Shown: positions 52,701-64,000 of the stretch, in pieces
Numbering within the stretch: position 1 is the first letter of the stretch
Layout: each line of letters starts with the position of its first letter
DNA from: Tubiluchus corallicola
Lineage: Eukaryota > Animalia > Priapulida
DNA: 64,000 nucleotides
Direction of reading: 5' to 3'
NCBI GenBank assembly: GCA_030141605.1
Contig: JAQGDQ010000008.1
Location: 1,426,001 to 1,490,000, forward strand
Translations under genes and position numbers: made by a program
The notes under the pieces: generated by a model
Databases searched by the model: none
What the model was told of the DNA's origin: nothing
What the model saw: the letters and a program-made list of their open reading frames with translations, nothing else

Positions 52701-55700
52701 TACATTCTGTGCTACAGATAAAACTGCCCTTTTTATACAAGCCGCCCGAAACAAGGCCACTTAATATACAGTGAGCCTTGCAATGCAGAGGTAAAGAAAT
52801 AAATACATGAACAAAAGAGAAACAGATGAGCTTTATATCTAATCTGCTAGTAATAGAAGGTATCAGCTGATGTTCCTCAGTCGTGTGAAATAGAAGTTTT
52901 CAGGAAACACGTTTCTGGTAAAGAATTCCATAGATAAAAACTGACCTAAGCAGTTGGCAATGTCTAGACAGTCATATGACAACGAAGTCACTCCTTATAT
53001 TATGGCGTTGTGAGGCAGACTGGGGTTCCACGAGTATCCGAAATTTCCTTATCTTTTAAAGTTAATGATCTTTGGTTAACTTTTGGCTTTTGGTATAACT
53101 GAAAATATATGTAAACTGTTTTGTTGCTCTTGATCATTCACTATAAAGGACAAAGAAACTTGTCCTTACTTCGGCTAACACTGAAACGTCCTTGGAAACA
53201 TCACTTCGGAGCTTAGAGTAATGTTATCACCATGAAAAACTGGTATAGTGTTATCACCATGAAAAACTGAAAAACTGGTATCAGTTTTTCATGGTAATAA
53301 CACTATTCTAAGCTCCGAAGTGATGTTTCCAAGGACGTTCAAGTGTTAGCAGACCTAAACTCAAAGACACATTTTAGGTATTAAAGTTTGATAAGCCAGA
53401 ATTAACAAGCTTAACAGCTTATGTGGTTAATTAATTGAAAGAGCGAAGTCGATGAAAAATTGTCAGCCAATACGAACCCAGAACCTTGAGATGACATATC
53501 AAAGTTATCAATGTTAATTGCATACTCCCAGAATGAGATTCAGACTATAAGTGAGTTAATAGTTCGAACTGGAGCAAACCGGCCGGAAATGGTAAGGTTC
53601 TGGGTTCAAATCTTGTCTGACTCACAATTTTTCAGCGCGTTTCTCCTTCAGGCACTTAGTGGTTATTATTGATTATTGTTAATTATTGATTATACACAAA
53701 CTGATTGGTATGTTATTTTTGGTATATCGCAATTCAATAATTAAAAAACTTTCACTTGTAAACATTATTTTACAGTTTTTTCTTCTTTTTGTCACAGGGA
53801 GACTACGAGGACCACCAACAAGAGTTTGTCACATATGAGAATGTGATTATTATTATGAATGAAGCCAGTTTAGGGGTTCTAGAAGAGTGGGATAGAGCAT
53901 ACAGAGTTAGTTGTATATTCGACAAGAAGGCTGAAAGAAGAGTTGATTATGGCATCACAGTACCGTAAGTAGGGGTGCATCTTAGCACCAAAACACAGTA
54001 AGTAGGCCACCTTTTAGTATTGAATCTGTCGGGATCATTTTTGAACTTTATATATATATATATGAACTTTATTTATTTAACGAGCATTAACAAAGCAGCA
54101 TAGCTGGTGCAAGTTTCTCCACTATAATTACTCCATTGAACTTTATATATACTGATAGTAAATAACTCAAAATTTAGAGGCAACAGCTCCACTTTTTCCT
54201 CGGTGATTTTCATTAGATGGATGATTGCGGGTATCGCATTCTTTACCTTAAACAGCAATAATTAAGCTCTTCTTTATTTCATCTCGCTATGTTTTCTGAT
54301 CACAACTAGTTATTAATTTCTGGTGTCGTAACTATTTTATATTACTTATAATAACAAATATTAATCGTTTTTGTACAGTTAATCTATAACACAGTAGTTA
54401 AGACAATGTAGTACTAACCACAGATATCGCTGTGGGAAGGTAAGCGGGTCATTCAACAGTTATGTGTACCATCATCCAGGATTTTCCCGAAGTCATAAGG
54501 CGTCGGTTTAGCACTTCGGGATTTTAGTTGTAACAAGCATGTGTGCTAGTTTAGTATCCCACTCCTACTATAGTAATCGACAATTATGTAGTTCGTTTAT
54601 TTCTCCGTTTATTGAGATGGTGCTGGGTTCTACGTTTGCAAAGTTTAGTAGCTAATTTCATGCATAGCTTTTTCGTTTATGTGGATTATTTTACATTACC
54701 AGTAGACTATAATTGCAGACGACTGTTGGTTCTTGTTTTAACACGTTACTCATTAGAGCATTTTAGGTAAAGCTGACAGGGACAGCTACCTAGGAGCTTA
54801 ATTGTTGAGGTACCATGCTACAATCCCGTTAAGCCCATAAATCTATTGAAGCACGATAACCGTTGACGACCGCTTGGCTTTCAGCAGTGGTCTTGACTCC
54901 TTATATTAAACTTGATTATTTAATGTCATAATTTTTCTTTATTTTCAGAACATATATGATAAAAACACTTTTATTGACTGTTTTTGTGTTTGAATCTCTT
55001 TTAGAATGTTACGAATAAATGATGCTAAACCATATCGAGCTCCAATCCCAGATGTTTTTTTAAAAGTGGTAAAAGGATATGATCCAAGAGCTGCTCCAGC
55101 AAGTGAACTTTACGTGGGCACTCATGCTGCGTTAATTATTACCCTTGCTGATAATCGTAAGTAAAAGCATTAATCCTCATAGTCTGTTCTGGTCAGTTGA
55201 CTATATCTTTGCACCAGATTTATTCATTACATTTCCACGATTATTTTTAACCAAAAGGCCGAACGAGCCGCGTACGAATGTGAATATCATTGGTTTCTTA
55301 TATTTTCGCATGTTTTCTGACTTTTCTAAATACCGTGTGACAATATTAAAGATTGTACTGGCATTTCAGTACTGAGTTAGCGACTCTTCAAGGCTAAGTT
55401 TCAAGACAGCAAAATACTGCTGCTTCTTTCGACATGCACAAATAGTTCGTGTTTTATCGTTATACTCTAGACACAATAGAAGACAATAGTCAATTTAGAT
55501 AGTTCAACAATAATGAATCGTATTGTACTGCACGATCATTATAATTAGACAATTTAAATTAACGGCGAGCGTAGCAACAACTTCAGCAATGATATAGCGA
55601 CAACGGCATTGACCACTTCTACACTTATTATTATGAAAGTCAAGTGACGTCTGTTACCCACTTTTCAATTTTGCTTAATTAGTGACATTACATTTGCATT

Positions 55701-58700
55701 CTTGCGGGATGAATTAACAACCTTCGTTTCTAAATTTGGCTCTGTTAAAAACTAGAGAGTTTTCTTTTTAATAGAAAATGGCTGAACAAGTCAATGGTCA
55801 GCCACGGTAAAGCCTTAAAGTTTCTTAGTATTCCAAAAGTATCTTACGTAAAACAGGTTTAATGTAGCAACAAACCGTTAACGGTAAGTGACTGTAACGT
55901 TGACGCCAAATGGGACTTGCCCAGATACATAATCGTCCGATTTGCAATCCATCAACTAGCTTAAGGTAACAGGCTGTGGTGTCAGCCAACGTAGGACTGC
56001 AGTTAGGGCACTCCACGGATACTCGATTTCGAAACATAGAGATACTCGTAATTTCATAGAGGTACATGCATCCCGATAGTTAGAGATTAATTTTTTTTGC
56101 TCCAGTCCTCATTTATGCTTGTTAAGCTGAATTAGTTTTTAAACTGTGTTCATTTTTATCAAAAATTTTAACATTTAGACAAAATTGTAAACCAAAGTGT
56201 AAGCTTTACTAACACAGTAAAACCAGTGCATTGCCAACTCTGGATTAATCTTATGTAACCTAAGGTTTTTGTAGGTATTTTCACAAAAAAGAGACAAATC
56301 TTGTTCAACGTTAACTCAAAAAACGCAACTCTTCCTACCTCTGCAATACGGCCCACCACCGACGGCCGCAACTCCACTTACTCGATAAGTTCTTAGTCAA
56401 TTCCTTCCATATTCCTTCCTTCCTTGGATAATTCCTTCTATCTAGGTCGTCAAGTCCACATGGCTTTTTTGTAGAAACCCCGAATGTTTCATTATTTAAT
56501 TGAATTCGGAGATGATTTACTCTTCTGTGGATTGTGGCTCTGAATCATTGATTTCTAATTTCAGATTACTGGGACGTGTTTGTGAGTTACTGTTTTGCTC
56601 ATGATGGCGTAAGAGAAGATAGAATCATGCTGATTGATGAGAAAGGATGCCCAGCCAATCCTAAATTATTGAAGGGCACACACGTGGCCAGAGATCAACC
56701 TGAACCGGGCAAAAACGCTTTCATCGCACAATTCAAGGCAAGTCGACTTTTTTGTCCACCCTGTATATTTTTATATTTATACTATTTGGCATCTAACGAA
56801 GGACAGCATCATTTGTAGGCTAAATGGTAACATGAATACCACGTACGACGTTCAGTTTAGCCCCTGGGTACTCGGAACGCAAGCTTGTTCGCCAGGAATA
56901 GGAACCTTATGAGATTTTTGTTCAATATTAGATTCACATACCGAATAAAGAATTCAGTAACTTGATGACTAGGCCTTCACTTATTTTATTCACTAGTTTG
57001 GGATCATATTAATTTTCTCACAATGAACCTTTGTATTTTGCTAAATGTAAACTTTTAGTTATATTAATAGTTTAATTGGAGTTATTCGTTACAATTATTC
57101 TAACATCGGATTCTACAATTTAATTTTTAGATTCTTAATTTTAATTTTTCAGAGCTGATGATAATTTACGAAATTTGAAACGTCCTACAAAATTATGTTA
57201 ATGATTTTAAATAAATTAATGTTTGTGGTCGGGTGGTTAAGTCCCCGATTTTATTAATTAAATAACAATGAATTTATCAGAACTTGTTTGAGGTGTTACA
57301 AAGTGGCTGTTTAGAAAAAAAAGTGCAATTGGCGTCAAAATGCTGAATTATATCTTGCATTTTACCAATGACAAGTGCAGCGTTAAAACACAAATCCTTT
57401 AGCCTTTTTTGTTTAGTCTGTGTAATGCATATGATTGTTTTTTCACAAGTTTTTATTGATTTTACAGGCATTTAAATTTCCTGACAGACCAAATGTCTAT
57501 TTTCAATGCACAGTTCACATATGCTTTAGATACTGCAAACCTGTAAGTATTTAAACTTTAACAGATATTTTTATAAAGCAAATTACAATGTTTTTCAGCA
57601 GGCCAATTTGCAGGTCGTTGTAAACTGTCAACTGTTGACTATATTTCTGTAACAAAAATATAGTAGTGCGATTGTAAAAATTAAAATAACAGTTTAATAT
57701 GCAAAGTGGTACATAAGCCTTTCCTAAGGGTTACAAAAGCAAAGAATAACAATTTGTTACATCAAAATATTGCTGAAACATTAGAAACTGTCGTACCTTG
57801 ACATTTAGCGCAGAACCCTCAAGCACTTTACACAACCCACAATCTTGAGGGGTATGATTAGAGGACGACTCGAACCTCTCGGATTTTTTCAATCGAACTG
57901 AATGGCTTGGAAATTCACCGACGATATTGAAGCTACCATGAAAAACACAGATGAACCAAGAACAATGCCATAAACCGATATGTAAAAGAAGGACGTTTGT
58001 TAGATGTTGTTGGAGAGGTTTAAGTTCGGCAATGATTGAGTCATTGCTTTAATAATACCCCTCATGGGCGCTTGGTACACAATCGTATTGTTAATAAAAG
58101 AGTAATTAGAAATCATTTTTACTAGTTATGCGGCAATGCTAAAATAATTGCTGTGACCTCGCTAGTAGTGCCTCTATAACTAGATACCCTTTAATGGAAT
58201 TCTAAAGCAAAATCTACTAGTGATTAAACTAAGATTTCCGTAATATAAAAATTTCGAAAGCGCATAATTGAACACTTTGCTTTTTTGTAGACCGAGTGTT
58301 ATGCCCCACCTGGCCACGATGAGCCACAGTACCACGGCAGAGCTAAGCGTGAAACTGAACTGGTCCTAAATCCCGTGATAGAGCACTCATCTGGGGAGAC
58401 AGCCCTATCTGAGGGAGACCTGGGCAATGAAGTGAACCTCTACCGGGGTATTATTGTGCGTATTCCAGGCGACCCTAGTTGGAGCAGAAGTGAACAGGTT
58501 GTAGGGGTCGCCACCGGTTGCATTTCTAAAGCCAAATTAGGATTTGGCATCACAGTTATGAGTTTGTCTATAGGTATAGCGCTGATCATAGCTATATATT
58601 ATTATGCAAAAATAAGGAGTCGCCGACGGAGCAAAGACAGAGATCTAGACAATGAGGAGGACAGCATCAGTTTACCTTCGAGAAAGGAATCAACACGCAA

Positions 58701-58704
58701 ATGA
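46763..58704 (+). CDS. Zona pellucida (ZP) domain protein, cuticlin/ecdysozoan apical-matrix type; signal peptide + Tyr/Asp/Gly-rich region + ZP-N/ZP-C + furin site + TM; 10 coding exons, about 688 aa
   Basis: Exons 46763-46798, 47410-47608, 48255-48373, 50132-50672, 52111-52301, 53798-53964, 55005-55156, 56565-56737, 57468-57542, 58291-58704; phase-compatible (sum 2067 nt). Signal peptide MKTPVTVAILVVLVSCTVA; ZP-N Cys1-4 (VETIC, RQC, DGCG, YRVSC) with FSGRIY; ZP-C CFAHDG, LIDEKGCP, FKAFKFPD, VYFQCTVHIC; RAKR cleavage site; hydrophobic TM and basic RSRRRSK. Confidence 0.9.
47410..47608 (+). CDS. ZP gene exon 2
   Basis: tttag|CTTGTA ... CAAG|gtaact; LVSCTVAEQEIDQ...DYDYNPYQQQ. Confidence 0.8.
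48255..48373 (+). CDS. ZP gene exon 3
   Basis: ttag|GTGCAG ... ACA|gtaagg; AVPVQDPSYDSRQGGYDPYNGPQG...; an earlier in-frame donor (CCG|gtaata) is also possible. Confidence 0.7.
50132..50672 (+). CDS. ZP gene exon 4 (Tyr/Asp/Gly-rich low complexity)
   Basis: tacag|GGATCA ... CAAG|gtaatc; 541 nt open frame not shown in ORF track; YPDYERYPDYDRGGYRDYEQRDYEQAPDYRGGG... Confidence 0.85.
51893..51944. repeat. (CT)n microsatellite interrupted by poly-C
   Basis: Directly visible. Confidence 0.9.
52111..52301 (+). CDS. ZP gene exon 5 (ZP-N)
   Basis: ttcag|CGGTTG ... GGA|gtaagt; VETICD...FSGRIYPKG...LPLDGCGT. Confidence 0.92.
53174..53350. repeat. Long inverted repeat / foldback (about 69-bp arms)
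   Basis: GCTAACACTGAAACGTCCTTGGAAACATCACTTCGGAGCTTAGA...CCATGAAAAACTG pairs with CAGTTTTTCATGG...TCTAAGCTCCGAAGTGATGTTTCCAAGGACGTTCAAGTGTTAGC. Confidence 0.9.
53798..53964 (+). CDS. ZP gene exon 6 (ZP-N)
   Basis: cacag|GGAGAC ... ACC|gtaagt; YENVIIIM...EWDRAYRVSCIF. Confidence 0.92.
55005..55156 (+). CDS. ZP gene exon 7 (linker/ZP-C start)
   Basis: ttag|AATG ... AATC|gtaagt; PIPDVFLKVVKG...LYVGTHAALIITL. Confidence 0.9.
56565..56737 (+). CDS. ZP gene exon 8 (ZP-C), GC donor
   Basis: ttcag|ATTAC ... AAG|gcaagt; YWDVFVSYCFAHDG...LIDEKGCP...FIAQFK. Confidence 0.9.
57468..57542 (+). CDS. ZP gene exon 9 (ZP-C)
   Basis: tacag|GCATTT ... CCT|gtaagt; AFKFPDRPNVYFQCTVHICFRYCKP. Confidence 0.93.
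58291..58704 (+). CDS. ZP gene terminal coding exon (furin site, TM, cytoplasmic tail)
   Basis: tgtag|ACCGAG; TECY...GRAKRE...LGFGITVMSLSIGIALIIAIYYY...ESTRK*. Confidence 0.9.
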   Translation, partial: TECYAPPGHDEPQYHGRAKRETELVLNPVIEHSSGETALSEGDLGNEVNLYRGIIVRIPGDPSWSRSEQVVGVATGCISKAKLGFGITVMSLSIGIALIIAIYYYAKIRSRRRSKDRDLDNEEDSISLPSRKESTRK

Positions 58705-59739
58705 GAGAAAGAGTTACTGTATTATTGTGTGAGTAATGTGATCAGTGCTATATTTGTAAATGTGTTGTGTTGAATGAGGTGGACGTAGATAAGTGAATAT
58801 ATCTAAGTCTTAAAACATCGCTTCGAATAGAAGATGTTATATGTGCAACATAGGCCTATACATTACAGCATGTGCTGATTTAATATCAGTTTAATTCTGG
58901 TGCTTATAAGTTGTTGATGTATAAGAATGAAAGTTGCAATTGCAAATGAAGCATTTGAAGCCAAATATTGGAATGCTAATAAGTAAATGTAATAGTAGTT
59001 CATTTCCCTTGCCTGGTTAAGTCTGTGTTAAGTAAGATGGCCAAATTACAACGTTGTATTATAAAAATGCTATGGATCTATGAGGTTATTTATAAAGCTG
59101 CTTGACGAATCTCATCATGCCCACTTATCTAAATTGTAAGTGACAACTTGACTGAAATTCCACTTTGAGTTTACATCATTGTATTCCAAGTTCTTGCGTG
59201 TGTATGTTGGATAGTATTACTTGTTGCGATTCTTCGTACAAAATTGAATGAAAAAACTTTCTGTATCAGACCTTTTGCTATTTATGAGCACATCTCAGTG
59301 CGACGCTTAAAATTAGGTTGTTTACTTTTACGTTGTTATTTTTTTATTTTTTTGTTTACCGTTCCAGTGTTAAACACATTTTATTACATTTTTTCGCTTT
59401 TTTCGTTCACTTAGTTAAATGTACCACTTTTTATGATTTTTTTTCGTTGAAAAGATAAATCATCTTAAGTGAAACTTTTACCAATGGAATTTCACGAGTT
59501 AGTGCATTTGTTTTATGACGATTTCATATTTGAGTTTAACTTTTTTAACAAAACTTTTCAGCTCAGTGGGATTTCATTTAAGCTTATTAACTAATAGTGC
59601 AGCCTTTGTTATTTTATCGGTATTAACGACATACTTTCGCCTTCATTTACTTAGGCCTATTTACCTTTACTTACTCTTATAAGCGCTTGTTTATTTATTT
59701 GTTCATTTAGTCATTTGCTTTGCTTATTTAATAATTTAT

Positions 59740-59870
59740 CCATTCATTTGCTCATTCACTCACATACACAGATTCACTCACTCACTCACTCACCGATTTA
59801 TTCATTCATTCAGTCACTCATTCATTCATTCATTCATTCATTCATCTCCCCATCCATCGATCCATTCATT
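59740..59870. repeat. (TTCA)n/(CTCA)n degenerate microsatellite
   Basis: Directly visible. Confidence 0.85.
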
Positions 59871-60520
59871 TATTTCTGCATGCATGCAGTCAGTCAGTTT
59901 ACCATTCTGCAAGACATTGATTTGCTGAAGTGGCAGCATTCGCACAACACCCGCATTTTCATTGCAAATATCGCGAGATTATGTTCAACTGAGGTTGAGT
60001 TTCAAGAAGTACTAGCTTGTAACTTTTCTCCTAATTGTTAGTAGATATCACCATGTTATCAACAATACTCTATTACCTGCACTGTTAACAGCTCTGATGG
60101 CGCCATCTATGAAGGTATTATTAAACTAACAAAAGCTAGCGTGCGTACCATATCTTTTACATAATATTGTTATCTTGCTAGTGCTTTGGCATTTCAATGG
60201 AATGAAATACTAACAGCTAAATTGTAATTAAATATTGTCAAAAATAATTATGTTGCTTCTGTGTTGTACATGTATATTGTGAAACTAAAGAGATTAAATT
60301 ATAATAAATAAATAAATATTTAAGATTAAATCTTGTTTAACTGTTCGCATTTGTTTTTAATTTTTAATTGTATACTAGAGTTACGATTCACTAAATTAAA
60401 AAAAATATTGAATTGTAGTGTTGTTAATAATACAGGAAATGATAAGGCACACGATAGTAACGATTTTTTATTCGAACGAGCATAAAGAAACGTTGATTCC
60501 ATAAAATTGCTTAAACCACG

Positions 60521-60632
<112 letters not shown>

Positions 60633-61544
60633 ATTTTTAAATTTAATAATAATGTTAAACAATACCAGGTCACAATACTTTCTCTTTATTGTTAACAGAT
60701 ATCACAATGTTATCAACAGAGGTGGTTGCGCCATCTATCAAAATATTAAACTAACAAATCATAAGAAAGCCAAGAACCGAATAGCTGAATGATTGACATA
60801 ATAATAGCTATTATTGGTGTTTACTATTTTATGCAAATACTATAATTATTTTGTACATTGTTAATTAGTTTTGACAAAAATATGTATTTCATGAAATTAA
60901 AAACACTGCTATTTAAGAAAGAGCCATATTGAACAAACGTAGAAATTTGATTAAAATAGCGCATATTAAGTGTTCCGAATCTAAAAGTGATTAAATTAGT
61001 TTTGAAACCCGTAGTAATAAAAACCAAGCTGTGCCAGTGTTTTGACAGTTGTTATACGTGTATATGAGCGGGGTATTAAGTTCTTTCTGAACACAATAAC
61101 AACACGGGAAAATTAAGGCATTAAAAATGTTGACGGAATGGATGAAGCGTTCTTGATCATGGTATTTAGCATGTAATCTCAAAAGTCTCCTGTTCAAATC
61201 CATGCTGATTCGAGAATTTTTTTACATTAATTTTTGTTTTGGCTAAATTTGCCTTCGAATTAATAAATGGGGTGAATTCACTTCATCACTTCACATAAAA
61301 ATGCAGTAAGTAAACAATCCTACGAAAAAGAAAGACGAGATATTTCCGTTCACCATTCTGGATTGTGTTACTTCAAGTGGAAAAGAGAAACCAAAAATAA
61401 TCACTAAAGACTAATTTTTTGATTTTGCAAATTAAATATATTCACTGAAAACCACAGAAAATACAACACACAAATGAACACAATCCCAGTAAAGTTCAAC
61501 CACAAGAAGAAAATCAGCATTCAGCAGCACAGTAGCAAAAAAGT

Positions 61545-61777
61545 GTTACAATACGTACTTTCATGTGTATAATACGTTACAATACGTACTTTCATGTGTA
61601 TAATACGTTACAATACGTACTTTCATGTGTATAATACGTTACAATACGTACTTTCATGTGTATAATACGTTACAATACGTACGTTCATGTGTATAATACG
61701 TTACAATACGTACTTTCATGTGTATGATACGTTACAATACGTACTTTCATGTGTATAATACGTTACAATACGTACTT
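61545..61777. repeat. Minisatellite, 31-bp unit, about 7.5 near-identical copies
   Basis: GTTACAATACGTACTTTCATGTGTATAATAC repeated contiguously without spacers. Confidence 0.95.
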
Positions 61778-64000
61778 TTTATGTGCTATTCTTAAGCTTC
61801 ATTGCAAATTTGCGATTATATGTTTTTTTTGCGATTTTTACCATAGTTTTACCATGACTAATTCTATTTACATCTATTATCCTACATTTCATTTGCATAT
61901 AATGTTTATGTACACGTAATATTCTATATACAAGTAGTATATGTTGTATCTTACAGACGCACACGCACGCACGCACGCACGCACACCGACACATAATGTT
62001 ATGCTGTTATTATTTGTATATATAAACAGTATGCAAGTATAATCAATTTTTACTATAAGTTCATTTTGAGTAAGTTCGTTTACAATATCTATATACATTT
62101 TAATTACATTAGGGTCTCTCTTTCTGTATATAGTCCGAATGTCATTATTTTCTAAGTGGCGTTCATATGTTCATTCTCATGTCTTGTCTAACCGTATCTT
62201 CTTCTGAATAATAGGGAATGGTAGAGACAGAAAATTTGTTTCTTTCATAATCTAAAGTGAACATAGAAAATTTCTATCGAAAACTTTATGCATCACGCCT
62301 AAAAAGAAACTAAATATTACTGAGCAAACTAAACGAAACTGTACAACAGTACATAACCGCTTTCAGAAATTGTTGAAAAAAGGTCTGGAGTCTGGCTGCA
62401 TCAAAACCATTACATCCCACCATTTATAGATACCTCCGTGCCAGTGGAACAGGTGCTGAGATGGTAATGCACCTACTGGACCAGGGATTTACCAATCATC
62501 ATCATCATCATCATCATCACCGTCGTCGTTATCATCGTCATTATCACTATATTCTTTGTAGTGTCTTTATTATATGGTCAAATGTTTTTATCTAGCTTAA
62601 GTATTCTGCTGGCATAGGCTATATATGTGGATTGATAGATATACAATTCCTGCAGTTACAGCTCCAGGGATTTCTGCATTCATGATTCAATTTAGGCAAG
62701 ATCCGATCTAGTGCCTTCCCATGTTGATGTATTGTTTTGTTAAAAACTTTAGTAATCAAAGCGGGAAAGGAAAATTTAGTGCTGATTAGGAAGATGTACC
62801 TATATTGCTTACGTAAGGCGCTGCCTGTCACTGTTGTCACCCGAGATATGGGAACGATGATCTTTGTTACGACATCATTTATTTCTGCGCACGCACAGGG
62901 TTTAAATCTGGGGCACAAGTAAAACACTGCGTGGAATAACGGAATATTTTGCATTATTAATCGTTGGTGGGTATAGTCAACATGATGCTATTATGGTTTA
63001 CCCAGTTCTGATTATGAGCAAAATGGAGATTCTTGTAGTAGGAAAGTAATGTAAACATGCATACTGCAAAAAATTTGGTTTTGACGCCACATTGGAGAGC
63101 TTCACTGCTTGGCACGAATCTGCTGCAGTCATTTATTGCAGTTGCATTGCTTCGGTACAATCGTACAATCAATTGACAGTTCAAGTGTAAGCCTAAGCTT
63201 AAAGCTCACATCAGGCTATCAGTATCAGCTAAGCTTATTTCAAATTTACTACTGACCTAACTGTCCATCGATATCCGATAATTACTGTTTATTCAGCTCT
63301 AATTATGGGCATCGAATTTACTTTTGTGCACAAATACTAAATTTACTGATTCGAGGCAGCTGTATGAACAGCTACGATCCAAAAGCTCTTTTAAGAGCTG
63401 ACTTAAAATTAACAAATAGAGGCAGGGGGCATTGGAAACGTTCCGAAATTAGCGAAACTCTCATTTTTGTTGCTCCCGCGAGTGTGCAATCACCTAATTA
63501 AGCCTCTAATTAGTATTTATAAACGACTGGGGCTCATCAGTAAATAAGACAAACATTTTAAACGGTCACTGATCCCTCAACTAAAGTAGTAAGTTACAAC
63601 AGAAATGTTTGGGTAATGTTTTGTGCAGTTTTCAATTATTGTTTTAAAATCACGAAGGACCATTTTTACACATTGCTGAAATTCTTTGCCAATATTTCCC
63701 AACAGGTTTTGCTATGCGTCATGTCAGTCTGTGCTTCATTGACATAATTAACTGCTTATCCTCGTTGGTGTTTCCTTATTTGCAGAACTTAGTTCTGGTT
63801 TATAATAGGAACATTTGTTCTTGAATAACGCGTTCTTTTGTTTGATTTGTGGCAGGTAAATTGTACGAGGTTCTAGACCACCATAAAAACGTGCCTATTT
63901 ATGAACAGCATATGCTTGTGTGGGTCATCAAATCAAATTCATAAAATTGACCATGGCAGAGCCAATAATCATTATTACAATATGAACAATGATGCAGTAT

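Noticed and set aside
60824-61203. Two minus ORFs faintly resembling a Penelope GIY-YIG end (ITFRFGTLN)
   Set aside because: Similarity too weak to call without a search
61545-61777. 31-bp repeats resembling a CRISPR array in unit length
   Set aside because: Units are contiguous with no unique spacers, no cas genes, eukaryotic context: a minisatellite
62619-63184. Minus-strand ORFs with some splice-like signals near the window end
   Set aside because: No recognisable domain and no convincing multi-exon assembly; may be chance or a fragment of a gene outside the window

Overview
AT-rich animal (invertebrate, probably protostome/ecdysozoan) genomic DNA with spliceosomal introns, so most short ORFs in the supplied track are spurious or are exon fragments. 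Four protein-coding genes can be assembled by hand with phase-compatible splice sites: (1) the 3' part of an STXBP4/Synip-like gene (+, 98..4712), whose C-terminal WW domain appears lost; (2) a DEG/ENaC channel with an intron-free CDS (-, 7558..9252) and a Gln at TM2 position 18'; (3) a 9-exon HNF4 (NR2A) nuclear receptor (-, 12980..28119, about 528 aa); (4) a 10-exon secreted/membrane ZP-domain (cuticlin-like) gene (+, 46763..58704, about 688 aa) with a long Tyr/Asp/Gly-rich N-terminus and one GC-AG intron. HNF4 and the ZP gene are head-to-head across an 18 kb gene-free interval containing DR1/GATA/Fox motif clusters. Repeats include six copies of a TTAA-flanked Kolobok-like non-autonomous element, a head-to-tail tandem pair plus an older copy of a Helitron-like element in HNF4 introns, several MITEs, tRNA- and 5S-derived fragments, an RTE LINE remnant, and micro/minisatellites. 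I found no clearly new multi-gene system; the best leads are protein-level and regulatory peculiarities. Family assignments are from recalled motifs, not from database searches.
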